This document shows positions 10,017-37,424 of a stretch of DNA of 64,000 nucleotides, piece by piece (positions within the stretch are counted from its first letter, which is position 1; each line of letters begins with the position of its first letter). The notes under the pieces are model-generated. The model saw nothing but the letters and a program-made list of their open reading frames with translations. It had not been told where the DNA came from and ran no database searches. This DNA comes from the human T2T-CHM13v2.0 reference genome, Homo sapiens. A program made the translations under genes and the position numbers. Location of the stretch: the NCBI RefSeq assembly GCF_009914755.1, contig NC_060943.1; one strand, given 5' to 3'.

Positions 10017-10277
10017 GAAGGGAAGGGAGGGAGGGAGGGAAAGAAAAAGAAAGAAAAAGAAACCTTAAGCATTTTTTACAGATGAGGGTTCTGCTCTCCC
10101 TTAGTTGAGCCATGCTGTGGGGGAAGGGGAAGGAGTGTGGTAAGATGGCAGAGGAGGAAATAAAATATGGATGGCTTCTGCCTTTTCAGTTCTTTTCCTC
10201 ATTTCCTGGCTTACTGTCCCTGGTTTCTGACTGCTTTGTGGTGAAGCTTCAGAATTGGAGAGAAAAAGAGGCCAGAA

Positions 10278-11128
<851 letters not shown>

Positions 11129-11715
11129 CAGTGTAATAAATATTGAAACTTATAGCAGAGGTAGGGAAATATGAACACTGATATTCAATGATCAAAGGGA
11201 TTCAAAACTGGAACAATGGTGGAGCCACAATTTGGCAATAAGCAGTGAAGCTGAAAGTGTATACAGCCTATAACGAACAATTTCATTTCTAGGTAATACC
11301 TTAGATTCTTGACTCTTTAAGGAAATTAAAAAATACACAAAATGATATTCAATATAGCATCTTTATTACCACAGAAACTCATTTATGTCCTTAATCATTG
11401 TTTAATATAATATATAAGCATGTTTAACACAAACATATCAAGGATCGGGCTGGAATCTTTTCCATTCTATAGAAAAGCACTAACCATCCATTAAAGCAGG
11501 TAGCTACTTTCAGAGCATGATATGAGCTGCAAAAAATTGCCCTGACTTATGCCGCCCCCAACACAACCACTCACCATATCTAAAATTACACCCTTGAAGA
11601 CATTCATTGTGGTTATGGTAGCATCTAACAAAGCTGTTCCTATTCCAGATATTCGGACTGAGAATTCCACAATAAATTTGAGATACACTCAGTTAAATAA
11701 AAATGTCTTTACTAA

Positions 11716-13434
<1,719 letters not shown>

Positions 13435-14247
13435 ACTTGGCTGTTCTTTACTTGGGTTGGTTTTATTTTGTTGTTTCCTTTTTCTTGACGGAAATACTTA
13501 TTCATTCCCTCAACACATTCATCTGTGTGACAGGCCTGGTGTTGCTGCTGTGGGTAAGTGAAGAAGATGAAGACTGTATCCACAAATAAGATTTCCTTAC
13601 CACATTACAGGGCATTAATTTGTCACTGAACAGAACTTTGATTATATCTGACAAGGTTAGATGTGCAGGCATCTCACTGTCATTCATTTCTACATAGTCT
13701 ATAATTTTGGTTTTGATTTTAAACATTTTATTATTGAAATTTCAAACACATACAAAAGTAGAAATATTAGAACAATAAGTCTCCATGAACAAAACACTCC
13801 ACTTAAATTATCAACATGTTGCCAATTTAGTTTCCAGCTCTCTTTGCCAATTATTTTTCTTTTGCTAGAATATTTTAATCCAAATGTGTCTATCTTCATT
13901 TCATAGTATGTATCTCATATCATACGATCTTTTATTTTTTATAATCACACTGACATAATCCCTAACCAAATTAATATATGTAAATATCATTTAATATTTA
14001 GTCCATGTCCACACTTCCCTCACTGTCTCCAAAATGGCTTTTTATGTTTTGTTCAAACCAGGTCCAAGTAATGCCAACATACTGAATTTAGTTGATATGT
14101 CTCTTTAAGTCTCTTTTAATCTGTTAATGGTTGCCCTTCCCCTTGTATTTTCATGCTACCTGTTAGTTGAAGAAATCAGGTAATTTGCTCTGTAGAATTT
14201 CACACATTCTGGGTCTGTTTGGCTTCTTCCTTGTGGTGCCCTTTATA

Positions 14248-14556
14248 GCCAGCCCTCCATATGTGCAGATTCAACCAATCTCAAATAGAAAATACTCAAA
14301 AAAAAACAATAAAAATAAAATACAATAAAAATAATGCAAATTGAAAAATACAGTATAACAACTATTTACATAGTATTTACATTGTGTTAGGTATAAGTGA
14401 TCTAAAGATAATTTAAAGTATACAGGAAGATGTGAGTAGGTAATATGCAAATACATACTATGCCATTTTATACAAGGGACTTGAGCATCCTCAGATTTTA
14501 CCATCAGTGGAGGATCCTGGAACCAATTCCCCATGGATACCAAGGGATGACCATAT
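14248..14556. mobile_element. MER2-like Tigger DNA transposon fossil
   Basis: gattcaaccaa..aaaatac..ctatttacatag..ggaaccaattccccatggataccaagggatgac motifs. Confidence 0.75.
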
Positions 14557-14907
14557 ACTGTTCATCTAGTCCCTGTCTGCTTTCAGTTCATTATTCCAGC
14601 AATAAGGCTTTGTAGATGGTGGTGTGGACTTCCTATTGCATTACGTCAGGAAGTGTGTTGTCTGATAGACCCATTTTTATTAAGGTTAAAACAGATCAAA
14701 GGGTTCAGAGGTGGCCAGTTTGATAGATCCACCATAAAAATCTCGCTATAAAATATTTCACCTATTAGTTGTAGTACCCATTGAAGATCATGTTTTCTGG
14801 ACCCATTATTCCATTAAGGTCTAGAAAATGGTGATTTTTCTAATCCTCTAATTCCTTCTAGATTTATTAGACTTCTTCAAAAAAGAAAAACCCATTCAAA
14901 AAACAAA

Positions 14908-15543
<636 letters not shown>

Positions 15544-16237
15544 TATACATTGGTGCTCTAGCATCTTTCATAGGTTACCAAATTATGCAGCCACAATCAA
15601 GTAAACTATCAAATTATTGGTGGGATCACATCAAAAACTCAACTTGAAACAACTCCTACTGGTTGAAGATATGGCATTTTGAGCATCCAAAAGTATACTG
15701 ACTTATAGAATGATGTTTTGTTTCTTTCCCACAGGAGTTTTATACACACACATAAATATACACAACAATATTAAATTCCTAGGTGGTTAATTTCTTTTAA
15801 GCCACATTTTTGATAGTTTCTAATTAATTTTAAACTGTGGTCAGACAACAGGGATTGTAAGCCTTTTGCTTTCTGGAATTATGGGAAAATCATTTCCTAT
15901 TTCCCTCTAATTCTTCAACAGCTGTATTACTAGTGACCTCACATTCATGAAATTCATTTTTGGCATGAAATTTCTAATGCAGCTCAAGTGCTGAAGAACT
16001 TCCTACATTCACTACAATCTAAATTTTACCTAGAATAAATTATGTTTAATAATTTCTGAGAGGTGACAGGAGGCATTTCTACATTTATTATGTCTACAGA
16101 TCTTCCTTTTATGTGAATTCACTAATACTAATGACAATAATAACAATTACAGATAATATTTACAGAATACATGCTATATGACTGTGATTCCTCCAAGTAT
16201 TAACTACTTACTCCTTGCAACAATCCTATTCCACAGT

Positions 16238-16785
16238 GTGGCAGGCTGACTCTAAACAGGCCCCCCAGTGGTCCTGTCTCCAGGACTTATTCACACTCTT
16301 GTATCATCCCGTTCTCTTGAGTGTGGACTATCCTAGTAACTTACTTCTACCAGTAGAAGGTGAGGGAATGTTACTTCCATGATTAGATTACACAAGATGG
16401 TAACTTCCATCTTGCTAGCAGACTGTCCTCCCTTTTGGCTTGCATGCCTTGATGAAGCAAGCAGCCATGTTGATGAGGCTATTGTGGCCAGGAGCTGCAG
16501 TCAGCGTTCAGCCAACAGCCAGCTAGAAACTGAGAATCTCAATGCAACAGGCCTCACGGAAATACATTGGGTAACAACTATGTTAGTCTGGATGTGGATC
16601 CTTCCCCAGTTGAGCCTTCAGATGAGACCTCAGCCCTGGCTGAAATCTGTAGCCTTGCAAGAGACCCTGAAGCAGAGGACCCAACTAAGTCATGCCTATA
16701 CTCCTGATCCAAATTATAAGATATATGTTATTTTATGCTACTAAGTCTGTGGTAATTTATTACGCAGCAATAAATAACTAATACA
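16238..16785 (+). repeat. MLT1-type MaLR LTR inserted in a MIR
   Basis: tgtggcagg...cccttgagtgtgg-like 5' part and ggtaatttattacgcagcaataaataactaataca end; MIR-like flanks. Confidence 0.75.
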
Positions 16786-17115
16786 TATAAGTACTATTAT
16801 TACCATTTTACAAGTCAGCAAAATGAGGCACAGAAGCTTAGTATCTTGTCCAATAAATCAAACTGGTAATCAAGTGGAGAAAGGGAGATAATGACAGATA
16901 AGGCTAAAGATTTTCCTACATTCATTACATTATTCTCTCATAGGAATTTGCTGAAGATAAACCATGTTTAAATGGTGTTGGAAGGCTTTTAAATCAACAT
17001 ATTCTTTCTCTAATATAAAATTTATTATGCTTGGAATTGAGCATGAAACACATTTTCTCAAAAATGAATTTTCTGATGTTCTGTAACATCATATACATTT
17101 GAAGGCTTTCTTCTA

Positions 17116-18482
17116 TTAAATTCCATTATGAATCTTCTGATGCTGAGTAAGGTGTGAATGCTGTCTAAAGGCCTTCTTACACTCCTTACACTTGTAGGGC
17201 TTCTCACCAGTATGAATTCTCTGGTGTTGAGTAAGAAATGAATAAAGTCTAAAAGCCTTACCACATTCCTTACATTCATAAGGTTTCTCACCAGTGTGAA
17301 TACTCTGATGTTGGGTAAGTTGTGAGAGCAGTCTAAAAGGTTTTCTACATTCCTTACATTCATAAGGTTTCTCACCAGTGTGAATACTTTGATGCTGAGT
17401 AAGTTGTGAGAGCAGTCTAAAGGCCTTTCCACACTCTTCACATTCATAGGGTCTCTCACCAATATGAATGCTCTGGTGTGAAATAAGCTGTGAGTAACTA
17501 CTAAAGGTCTTCCAACATTCCATACATTCATAGGGTTTCTCACGAGTATGTATTCTCTGATGGCGAACTAGTTGTTGTCTTAATCTAAAAGTCTTCCCAC
17601 ATTCCTTACATTCGTAGGGTTTCTCACCAGTATGAATACTCTGATGAACAGTAAGTTGTTGGCATATTCTAAAAGCCTTTCCACACTCCTTACATTCATA
17701 GGGTTTCTCACCAAAATGAATTTTCTGATGTACTCTAAGGTCTGGACCACATACGAAGGCTTTCCCACATTCCTTACATTCATAGAGCTTTTCAGCAGTA
17801 TGAAGTCTCTGATGGCGTGTAAGGTGTGTACACTGTCTAAAGGTCTTTCCACAGTCCTTACATTCATAGGGTTTCTCACCAGTGTGAATTCTCTGATGTC
17901 GAGCCAGTTGCTGATGTACTCTAAAGGCCTTTCCACATTCCTTACATTCATAGGGTTTTTCACCCGTATGAAGTCTCTGATGTTGAGTAAGTTCTTGGAG
18001 CACTGTAAAGGCCTTCCCACACTCCTTACATTCATAGGGTTTCTCACCGGTGTGAAGTTTGTGATGTCGAATAAGATGTGCACGCTGTCTAAAGGCCTGC
18101 CCACATTCCTTACACTTATAAGGTTTCTCACCAGTATGAATTCTCAGGTGTTGACTAAGTGTTGAGCGACGAATAAAGGTCTTCCTACACTCCTTACACT
18201 CATACACCTTTTCTCCATTATGAACGATCTGATACTCAGTAAGAAAATTGTGCCTTTTGTAAGTGGTCATTTTTTCAGAGGTAATTTTCACTTGCCCAAA
18301 ATATCCCTCTTGTTGTTCCTTTTCCCCCTCAATCTTGCTTTTGCATTCCCAATCATTCCTAAAAATGGAACCCTGAAGGCTATAGCTTTTAATTCTTTCC
18401 ATTATATCCCACTGAAATGAATATATTTCATAAATGTCCTTTTCTGGAGATAAAGTATTGGTCCTGTATCTGGACTCCAAAT
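17116..18482 (-). CDS. ZFP14: ZFP14 last coding exon: spacer plus 13 tandem C2H2 zinc fingers
   Basis: Acceptor ...ttttctttcag| at 18483-18485. Phase-1 join gives [15 protein letters not shown], then 13 CxxC..HxxxH fingers with TGEKPY-type linkers; TAA at 17116-17118. Spliced CDS 9+127+99+1367=1602 nt = 533 aa, matching the recalled human ZFP14 sequence. Confidence 0.96.
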
Positions 18483-18744
18483 CTGAAAGAAAACAAGAAA
18501 GCAAATACATACTGTTTTCCTGTTCCAGAAAGAAAAAACAAACAAACAAAAAAACCACTTCTATAGAGAAAAGGCACCTAAAATAATGCCTGTTACAAAT
18601 TGAATGGATTAGACAGATCTCAAACATAGACATTTCTGCCACAATCTTATATATGTGTACCTAAAAAACCTTATCTTCTACAAAAGTACACACTAAAAAT
18701 TACTGTGTTCAGAAGAAAAATAGGCCCGGAGCAGGACCACTTAA

Positions 18745-19398
<654 letters not shown>

Positions 19399-20468
19399 TA
19401 GAACACTAACAAATAAAATAGTTGACATCTAAAGGGATAAACCAAAAGACAGCTCAGCATGGCTAAAATCCACTTCATGTGTATTAAAATGCACAAAAAT
19501 AAAGAGACAATGCTAGACTTCAGGTCCTGAGACACTGTACATGAAAATAAAGCCCAGAGCCAGTGAGGACATCATTAAGGTGGGAGTAAGGTAAAGTGCA
19601 GCCTGTCTTTAGATAAGAGGCCATGCAAGGTTGATGGTATATTCCTCTGGGGAGGGAGACCTGGGTGCAGACATTTATTATTAATTTTCTTAAAACAGGG
19701 GTGAAAGGGCTCCTGATAATAAAGCATCATGTAGAAGGCCTTTGTCTTTCCTACTGAACATTATAAATATACCTCCACTAAGCTAGCTCCACTGGACTAG
19801 GAAAATTACTCATGAGCCAATCATCTACATTATACACAATTCTTTTGCCACTATTCTGCTAATGTGTACCATGGGACAGATTGCACTCTCATCATTTTGA
19901 AAAAGGGAAACACAGCAAATAAAGAGTCCAGGAGTGCAGGCAGGGCTGGTGATTAGGAAAGCAAGTCAAATCAGTGAAGCCCTGTTTTAAGTGTGGATAA
20001 GAATCACCTAGAGATTTGTTTAAACTATGCAGAGGTGTTTTTAACTGACTGAAACCATCTATAGGACAAAGTCCTGGGCAAGTAATTGTTTTGTTCTTGT
20101 TTATATTCTTCAAGAAATTATTGGGATGCTGATCAATATTTGAGTCTCTCTGTTTAAATGTTTTCAATGCTATCTCTTTACCATTATAATAAAATATAAA
20201 TACCTGAGCATAAATAATAAAGCTGCTGCTTGTCAACAAATATCTTCTCCCATTTGTTCTCTCTGTTCATAGCATACTGGCCTCTTTCAACGCACAAAAT
20301 GCCCCACAACTGTTCCAAATAAATAGGACTCTTCACAGGCTGCTCCTTCTTTGAGGAATCCTCTGACACTGCATGGTTGGCTGGTTTTCATTCTCAGCCT
20401 CAAATCAAAATCACTTCTTCACAAAGGCTAGTCCTGCTGGCCCTATTTAAGTCTATGCACTTTACGCT

Positions 20469-20895
20469 TGTCTTACTCTATTTTCTGTTGCTTATAATGA
20501 AGTATCTGAAAATGGATAATTTATAAAGAAAAGGAATGTATTATTATTATTTCTACTCTACTCTGACAGATTAAGGAGTTTATTTCTTAACAATTATGGG
20601 GGCTGAGAACTCCAAAGTTGAGGGACTGCATCTGGTGAGGGCCTTCTTGCTGGTGACAACCCTGCAGAGTCCCAAGGCAGCGCACAGACCATCAATGGGT
20701 AATGGGGGCTGAGTGTGCTAGCTCGGGTGTCTCTTTTGCTTCTTACGAAGCCATGTGTCCCACTCCCATAATAACTCATTAATCCATTAAGCCATGAAAG
20801 CCCTTGTGACCCATTCACCCCTCATAGATCCCACCCATTGGGGATTAAGTTTCAACATGAGTTTTGGAGGAGACAAACATTCAAACCACACTCTC
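20469..20895 (-). repeat. MST-type MaLR LTR
   Basis: Reverse complement resembles the MST LTR at 35631-36060. Confidence 0.8.
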
Positions 20896-20899
20896 TTAG

Positions 20900-21208
<309 letters not shown>

Positions 21209-21462
21209 ATGCACATTCTTTTTCATATTTATAACACTTTCTCCAATTTTTGAATCATATGTTTATTAATTTTCTCATATTATTCTGTTAGTTTAGTTAG
21301 TCTGTTAGTTAAGTGTTATCCTTGAACTACCCCCAGGGCAGAAACAATCTCTATTATCACCATTAATTAGCAAATCCCAAATACATAATAGATATTACCA
21401 GTTTAATTCTCATAATTATATAATCATTAATTAATAGGTATATCTGCCTCTAATCTTTATAC

Positions 21463-21799
21463 CAGAGGTCCCCAACCCCCAGGCCACAGACCAGTCCATG
21501 GTCTGTTGGGAACCGGGCTGCACAGCAGAAGGTGAGCAGCAGGTGAGCGAGCATGACCGCCTGAGCTCGGCCTCCTGTCAGATCAGCGGTGACTAGATTC
21601 TCATAGGAGCGTGAACCTTATTGTGAACTGTGTATGCGAGGGATCTAGGTTGCACACTCCTTATGAGAATCTACTGCCTGATTATCTGAGGTGGAACAGT
21701 TTCATCCCAAAACCACGTACCATTTTCTCCCGCCCCAGTCCATGGAAACATTGTCTTCCACAAAACTGGTCCCTGGTGTCAAAAAGGTAGGGACTGCTA
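21463..21799. mobile_element. MER1B hAT-Charlie MITE
   Basis: 337 bp; TIRs cagaggtcccc / ggggactgcta; perfect 8-bp TSD ctttatac (21455-21462, 21800-21807). Confidence 0.9.
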
Positions 21800-21885
21800 C
21801 TTTATACCATATTATAATGATTTACTTATCTCTGCTAGAATTTATACTATGACTTATCAATGCTACACTTACTCAAACTTTTGTT

Positions 21886-23660
<1,775 letters not shown>

Positions 23661-24232
23661 GCTCTCACATTTTTTGTACATCTTGTTGGCAGAAGCACTA
23701 CCTACCTTTGTTCTGGGATATCTTTTCAAGAATGTTTCTATACTATAACAAACAGCCTTGCAAGGTAGAGATAACGTCTCTGTCTGGATCAATAGGCAGG
23801 TTCGCTTGCTTGTTCAGGATAATAAAGGTAATGTCTCCTTCCAAGCTAAGGCTACGTACACTTATTGCCCACGATGAATGATTTGGGTTCTTCAAGCTCA
23901 GTGTTCCTTTTCTATAAGGCAGCTCACTGCATGCTCAGGAACTATCTAGACCCATCCTTATCAGCCTCATGTGACTTGCAGGCAAGGAGGAACTGCTGGC
24001 TGTGCTGAGAGCAATCAAATCCTTTGTCTTTGACTGAGAGCATGTGTTTCCTGCCAGCATCCATGACACTACGGCAAGCTAACTTGTCAGCTTGCAAGTA
24101 GGGTGAAGTTGTAGAAATAATATAGTTCTTGACACATGTAAATAACTAACAAAACAGAATATTTTGAAAATTATAAGGGACTACTATGACAACCAAGGCT
24201 AATTACTAACAAAGTATAGAAAAAGTATTCAA

Positions 24233-31315
<7,083 letters not shown>

Positions 31316-31571
31316 TTACATGATCTCGCTCTTGCCTAACATTATCTTGTTTCTACACCTTTCACTTACCTTTTGAATAAGCATCTTAATCATCTTGGGC
31401 TTCTTGCAGTTCCTCAAAAATACAAAGCTCCCCTCAGCCCACCCAAAGCCTTTGTATTTGCTGTTCTCTGCCAGGAATGCCGTTGCTTTAGATATTCATA
31501 TGGCCTGGGCTCTTTTTTCATGTCACTATTCAAGTATCACCTCCTCAAAATGTCCTGACCACCCTATTTAA

Positions 31572-31867
<296 letters not shown>

Positions 31868-32138
31868 CTTCTTACTTTTCTTAATACTTGTCCCTACCTA
31901 ATATTATGTATTGATGTACTTGTTTACTTCATGTCCTTACTCCTATTAAGATGTAAGCAACATGATTGCTGGGACCCATGATTCTCATTCACATCTGCTC
32001 CACTGGTGTCCAGCACAACACCTAGTTCCAACTAGGCACTCAAGTATTTGCCAAATAAATAAAGGAATATATTTCTAGCCAATGAAAGACATATCAACCT
32101 AATCATAATAGAAGCTAGAAAGAAACTGGGTCCTAAAT

Positions 32139-32805
32139 ATGGACTGAACTCTGTTCCCCTAAAATTTGAATGTTGAGCCCTAACTAACTGTATGTGGAGA
32201 TGGGGCTTTTAGGAGGTAATTAAGGTTAAAGGAGGCCTAGAGGAGGGGTCCTAATCCACTAGAATTACTGGCCTTGTAAGAAGAAGAAGAGGGCCAGGTG
32301 CAGTGGCTCGCGCCTGTAATCCCAGCACCTTGGGAGGCAGAGGTATGAGGATCACTTGAGCCCAGGAGTTCAAGAACAGCCTAGGGAATACAGGGAGATC
32401 TCTGTCTCTATAAATTTTTTTTTTTTTAAATAGCTAAGTGTGGAGGCATGTGCCAGTAAACCCAGCTACTCAGGAGGCTGAGACGGGAGGATTGCTTGGG
32501 CCCAGGAGTTCAAGACTGCAGTGAGCTGTGATGGCACCATTGCACTCCAGCCTGGGCAACACAGTGAAGCCCTGTCTCAAAAAAAAAAAGAAGAAAAAAA
32601 AAGGAAGAGAGTGACCTCTTTCTCTCTCTGTGTCATATGAGGACACAACAAGAAGGCAGCTGCCTGCAAGCCAGGAAGAGAGACTTCACCAGAACCTGGC
32701 ACCCTGATTTTGGACTTCCAGCATCTAGAATTGTGAGAAAATACATATCTGGTGTTTAAGCCACCCAGACTATGGTATTCTGTTACAGCAGCTTAAGATG
32801 ATACA
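32139..32805 (+). repeat. MLT1A/B-type LTR interrupted by AluJ (32292-32600)
   Basis: tatggactgaa..cccctaaaattt..; 3' end gtttaagccacccag..tatggtattctgttacagcagc. Confidence 0.8.
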
Positions 32806-33169
32806 GATTTAAATAGAGATGAAACTGTAGTCACCGATCAAAAAAAAGAGTAGCCCCTCTCTTTGTCAAATCTTTTCCCCATTCCCCTCAACAGCATCCT
32901 TAAAATTTTTTTTATTTTAAAATAATTATAGATCCATGGGAAGTTGCACAAAATGTACAGAAAAGTCCTGTGTAGACTTCACCCAGCCCCTCCCAGTGTT
33001 AACATCTTAGGTAAGTATAGCACAATATTCAAAACAAGAAATTAATGGGGCTGGGCGCAGTAGCTCATGCCTCTAATCCTAGCACTTTGGGAGGCTGAGG
33101 TGGATGGATCACCTGAGGTCAGGAGTTCGAAACCAGACTGGCCAACATGGTAAAACTCCCTCTCTACTA

Positions 33170-33319
<150 letters not shown>

Positions 33320-33925
33320 TCAAAAAAAAAAAAAAGAAAGAAATTAATGTTGGTATATTCCATAGAGCTTACTTAGACTTCACCAGTTCTATGTGCACTC
33401 ATGTGTGTTTATTTGCATAGCTCTATGCAATTTTATCACAGGTAGCCTCGCAAAACCACCACCAAAATCAAGATACTCACCTGTACCATGACTGCAAGAT
33501 TTCCTCATGTTACCCCTTTCTAACCCGAACCATCCTCTACGCCCTACATCCCTACCCTTGGAAACCACTAATTTGTTTTTCCATCTCTATGTGATTTTGC
33601 AAATATTACATAAATAAAGTCATGTAGTGCATAACCATTTGTGATTTTGTCACTCAGCATAATTTCCTTGAAATTCACCCAAGTTGTTGCATGTATCAAG
33701 AGTTTATTGCTTACTGTTGCTCAGTTTATTCGTGGTATTGGTGTGCCTTTCAATCAGTTTTAATTGGGCTACTTATCATTTAGCACTGAGCTGTGTATAT
33801 ACTAGATACTGGTCCCTTGTCAGATATGTTTTACCACTATTACTCTCCCAGTCTGTGACTCACCCATTCATCTGCTTATTGGTATATTCTGATGAGACAA
33901 AGTTTTCAATTTGGATAAAGTCTAA

Positions 33926-34201
<276 letters not shown>

Positions 34202-34653
34202 TAGGATTACAGATGTAAGCCACTGCGCCCGGTCTGATTTTTTTATTTTTATGGTTATTGTTTTCACTCAAGAAACCTTTGCCTACTCCCAAGTCATAAG
34301 TTGGGACACTCATCACTGTCCTGTTTCCCTCTAAAAACTTTATGATTGTAGCTTTTATATGTAGGTCTAAAAACCATCTCAAATTAATTTTGGTATGAGG
34401 TAAAAGCTGAGAGGTTTGTTTATTTGTTTCCCCAGTTATTCCAGTACTATTTGTTGAAAAGCCTTTCTTCTCCCCATTGGAATGCTTTGGCATCTTTGTC
34501 AAACAATAAATGACCCTTTAGTGCGTGTGTGGCAGGGTATGTTTCTAGGACCTCTGTTGTGTTTTGTTCGGTAATCTTTGCCAATAACATACTGTCTTGA
34601 TCACTGTAGTTTTAATAAATCCTGAAGTTTTTGTTTTTTGTTTTTTTTTTTGA

Positions 34654-34935
<282 letters not shown>

Positions 34936-34937
34936 TG

Positions 34938-34984
<47 letters not shown>

Positions 34985-35009
34985 ATCTATCTATCTATCT
35001 ATCTATCTA
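34938..35009. repeat. (TCTA)n tetranucleotide microsatellite
   Basis: About 17 TCTA/TATC units with one TCA interruption, at an Alu tail. Confidence 0.95.
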
Positions 35010-35047
35010 TTTTATTTTTTGAGATGGAGTCTTGCTCTATCGTCTGA

Positions 35048-35342
<295 letters not shown>

Positions 35343-35630
35343 TGATTTTTCAATTATTACTTCGAATAGTTGTTGTCTTGATTCCTTAGGACTTTCTATG
35401 TACACAATCATGTCATCTCCAAATACAGACTTATGTCTTCCTTTTTGATCTTTATGTCTCATTTCTTTTTCTTTTGATAATGGATTTTTATAGTTTATAA
35501 TGTATTTTTTAAATAGGTGCCCCTTACCAGATTGAGGAAGTTCCCTTCAATTTCTAGTTTGCTGAGAGCTTTTTATCATGAATGGATGTTGGATTTTGTC
35601 ATATGCTATTTTTACATCTATGAAGATGAT

Positions 35631-36060
35631 TGCTATGGTTTGAATGTTTGTTGCCTCCAAAACTCATGTTGAAAATTAATTCCTAATGGCAATATTGAGA
35701 GGTGGGGTTTTTAAGAGGTGACTGGGTCATGAGGGCTCTGCTCTCATGAATGGATGAACCTATTCATGGATTGGTGAGTTAATCGATTAATGGGTTATCA
35801 CAGGATTGGGACTGATGACTTTATAAGAAGAAAAGAGGCCTCAACTAGCACATTTGCATGTTCAGCCCACTTGCCATTTGATGCCCTGCAAAGCCTCGGA
35901 ATTCAGCAGAGTCCCCACCAGCAAGAAGGCCCTCAATAGACACAGCCCTTTGAGGCTGGACTTCTCAACCTCCAAAACGGTAAGAAATAAATTCCTTTTC
36001 CTTGTAAATTACTGAATTTCAAGGTATTCTGTTATAAACAACAGAAAGTGAACTAAGACA
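35631..36060 (+). repeat. MST-type MaLR solo LTR
   Basis: TGCTATGG...CTAAGACA termini with perfect 5-bp TSD atgat. Confidence 0.9.
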
Positions 36061-37325
36061 ATGATCATACGGTCTTTCATTTTTTCTGTTAATATGGTGA
36101 ATTAACAGGTAGAAAGAAATCCTAATCATCATTTTTGTATATCATTATATTTGATTTGTTAATATTTTATTAAAATTTTTGTATCTATGTATGGAAAAGA
36201 TGGGTTTATGCTTTTTTTGTAATGTCTTTCTTGGGTTATGGTATGAGTTATGTTGGCCTCATAAAATGCATTCCTTTTCTGAAGGAGTTTGTATAATACT
36301 GCTGCTATTTCTTCCTTAGATGTTTAATAGAATTCACCAGTGAAACCATCTGGGGCTGTCATTTTCTTTGTGGAAGGTTTCTGATAATGAATTCAATTAC
36401 TTTAGCAGCATAAGGGTATTCAATTTCTTTTTTATCTTGTGTCAGTTCCGGTAAGTTGTACTTTTCCAGAAATTTTAAAATTTCATTTAAGTATCAAATT
36501 TATTGGCATAAAGTAATTCATGGCATTCTCTTATTATTCTTATTATTCTTCTTTTTTGGAGTCGGGGTAGAGTCTCACTCTGTCACTCAGGCTGGAGTGC
36601 AGTGGCGTGATCTTGGCTCACTGCAACCTCCGCCTCCCGGGTTCAAGTGACTCTTGTGTCTCAGCCTCCTGAGTAGCTGGGACTACAGGTGCCCGCCACT
36701 ATGCCCAGCTAATTTTCGTATTTTTAGTAGAGACAGTGTTTTGCTGCGTTGGCCAGACTGGTTTGGAACCCCTGACCTCAAGTGACCAGCCTGCCTCGGC
36801 CTCCCAAAACGCTGGGATTACCAGAGTGAGCCACCACGCCCAGCCTCTTATTATTCTTTTAACGGCTATAGGATCTAAAGTGAAAATCCCTCTTTCATTC
36901 CTGATGTTAGTAATTTATGTTCTTTAAAAAGAGAGAATGTAAATTACTAGGTGTTTACCATCTTTGCTGATCTTTTCAAGAAATCAATTTTTGGCTTTAT
37001 TAATTTTCTTTATTTCTTTTCTATTTTGCTGATTTCTGCTCTTATATTTATTTATTTTTTCTTCTACCAGGAATAGTTCTTCTCTTTAAAGTAGGATAGA
37101 AATATGAAAGATGAGAAACAGTGTTGCATTCAAGATCAATAGAAAGTTCCTTTGCTAGTCCAGGCTTAAAAGATCTTAATTTGCTTCAAGTCCCAAGCCC
37201 TGCCTCCATAGGCCAGGGGCTTTTTGAAGAGAGACCCCAACATCTCAAGGGTGTGCCTCTACCCTAATCAGTTTAGCTATTACCTGCAGTAGTGATTTCT
37301 CAATGCCTGCTCAGCCCTCACTCAC

Positions 37326-37424
37326 CAGGGCAGTATCTTCTTGTCCCTTCCCTCACAACCATCCCAGGTTCCTTCCTTTCTTCATCCAATAAGGTAATCA
37401 CATCTGGTTTAGAAATGGAAGGTC
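37326..37424 (-). CDS. ZFP14: ZFP14 KRAB-B exon (99 nt): GPSISKPDVITLLDEERKEPGMVVREGTRRYCP
   Basis: Acceptor ttttaagcag| (37425-37427), donor |gtgagt from 37325; phase 1/1; KPDVITLL-E-KEP KRAB-B motif. Confidence 0.95.

Noticed and set aside
17058-18165. Alternative-frame and antisense ORFs (161, 183, 177 aa) over the zinc fingers
   Set aside because: Typical shadow ORFs of repetitive C2H2 arrays.
18483-18642. N-terminal 53 aa of the 508-aa ORF ([10 protein letters not shown]...)
   Set aside because: Intronic read-through upstream of the acceptor at 18483; the true N-terminus comes from the KRAB exons.
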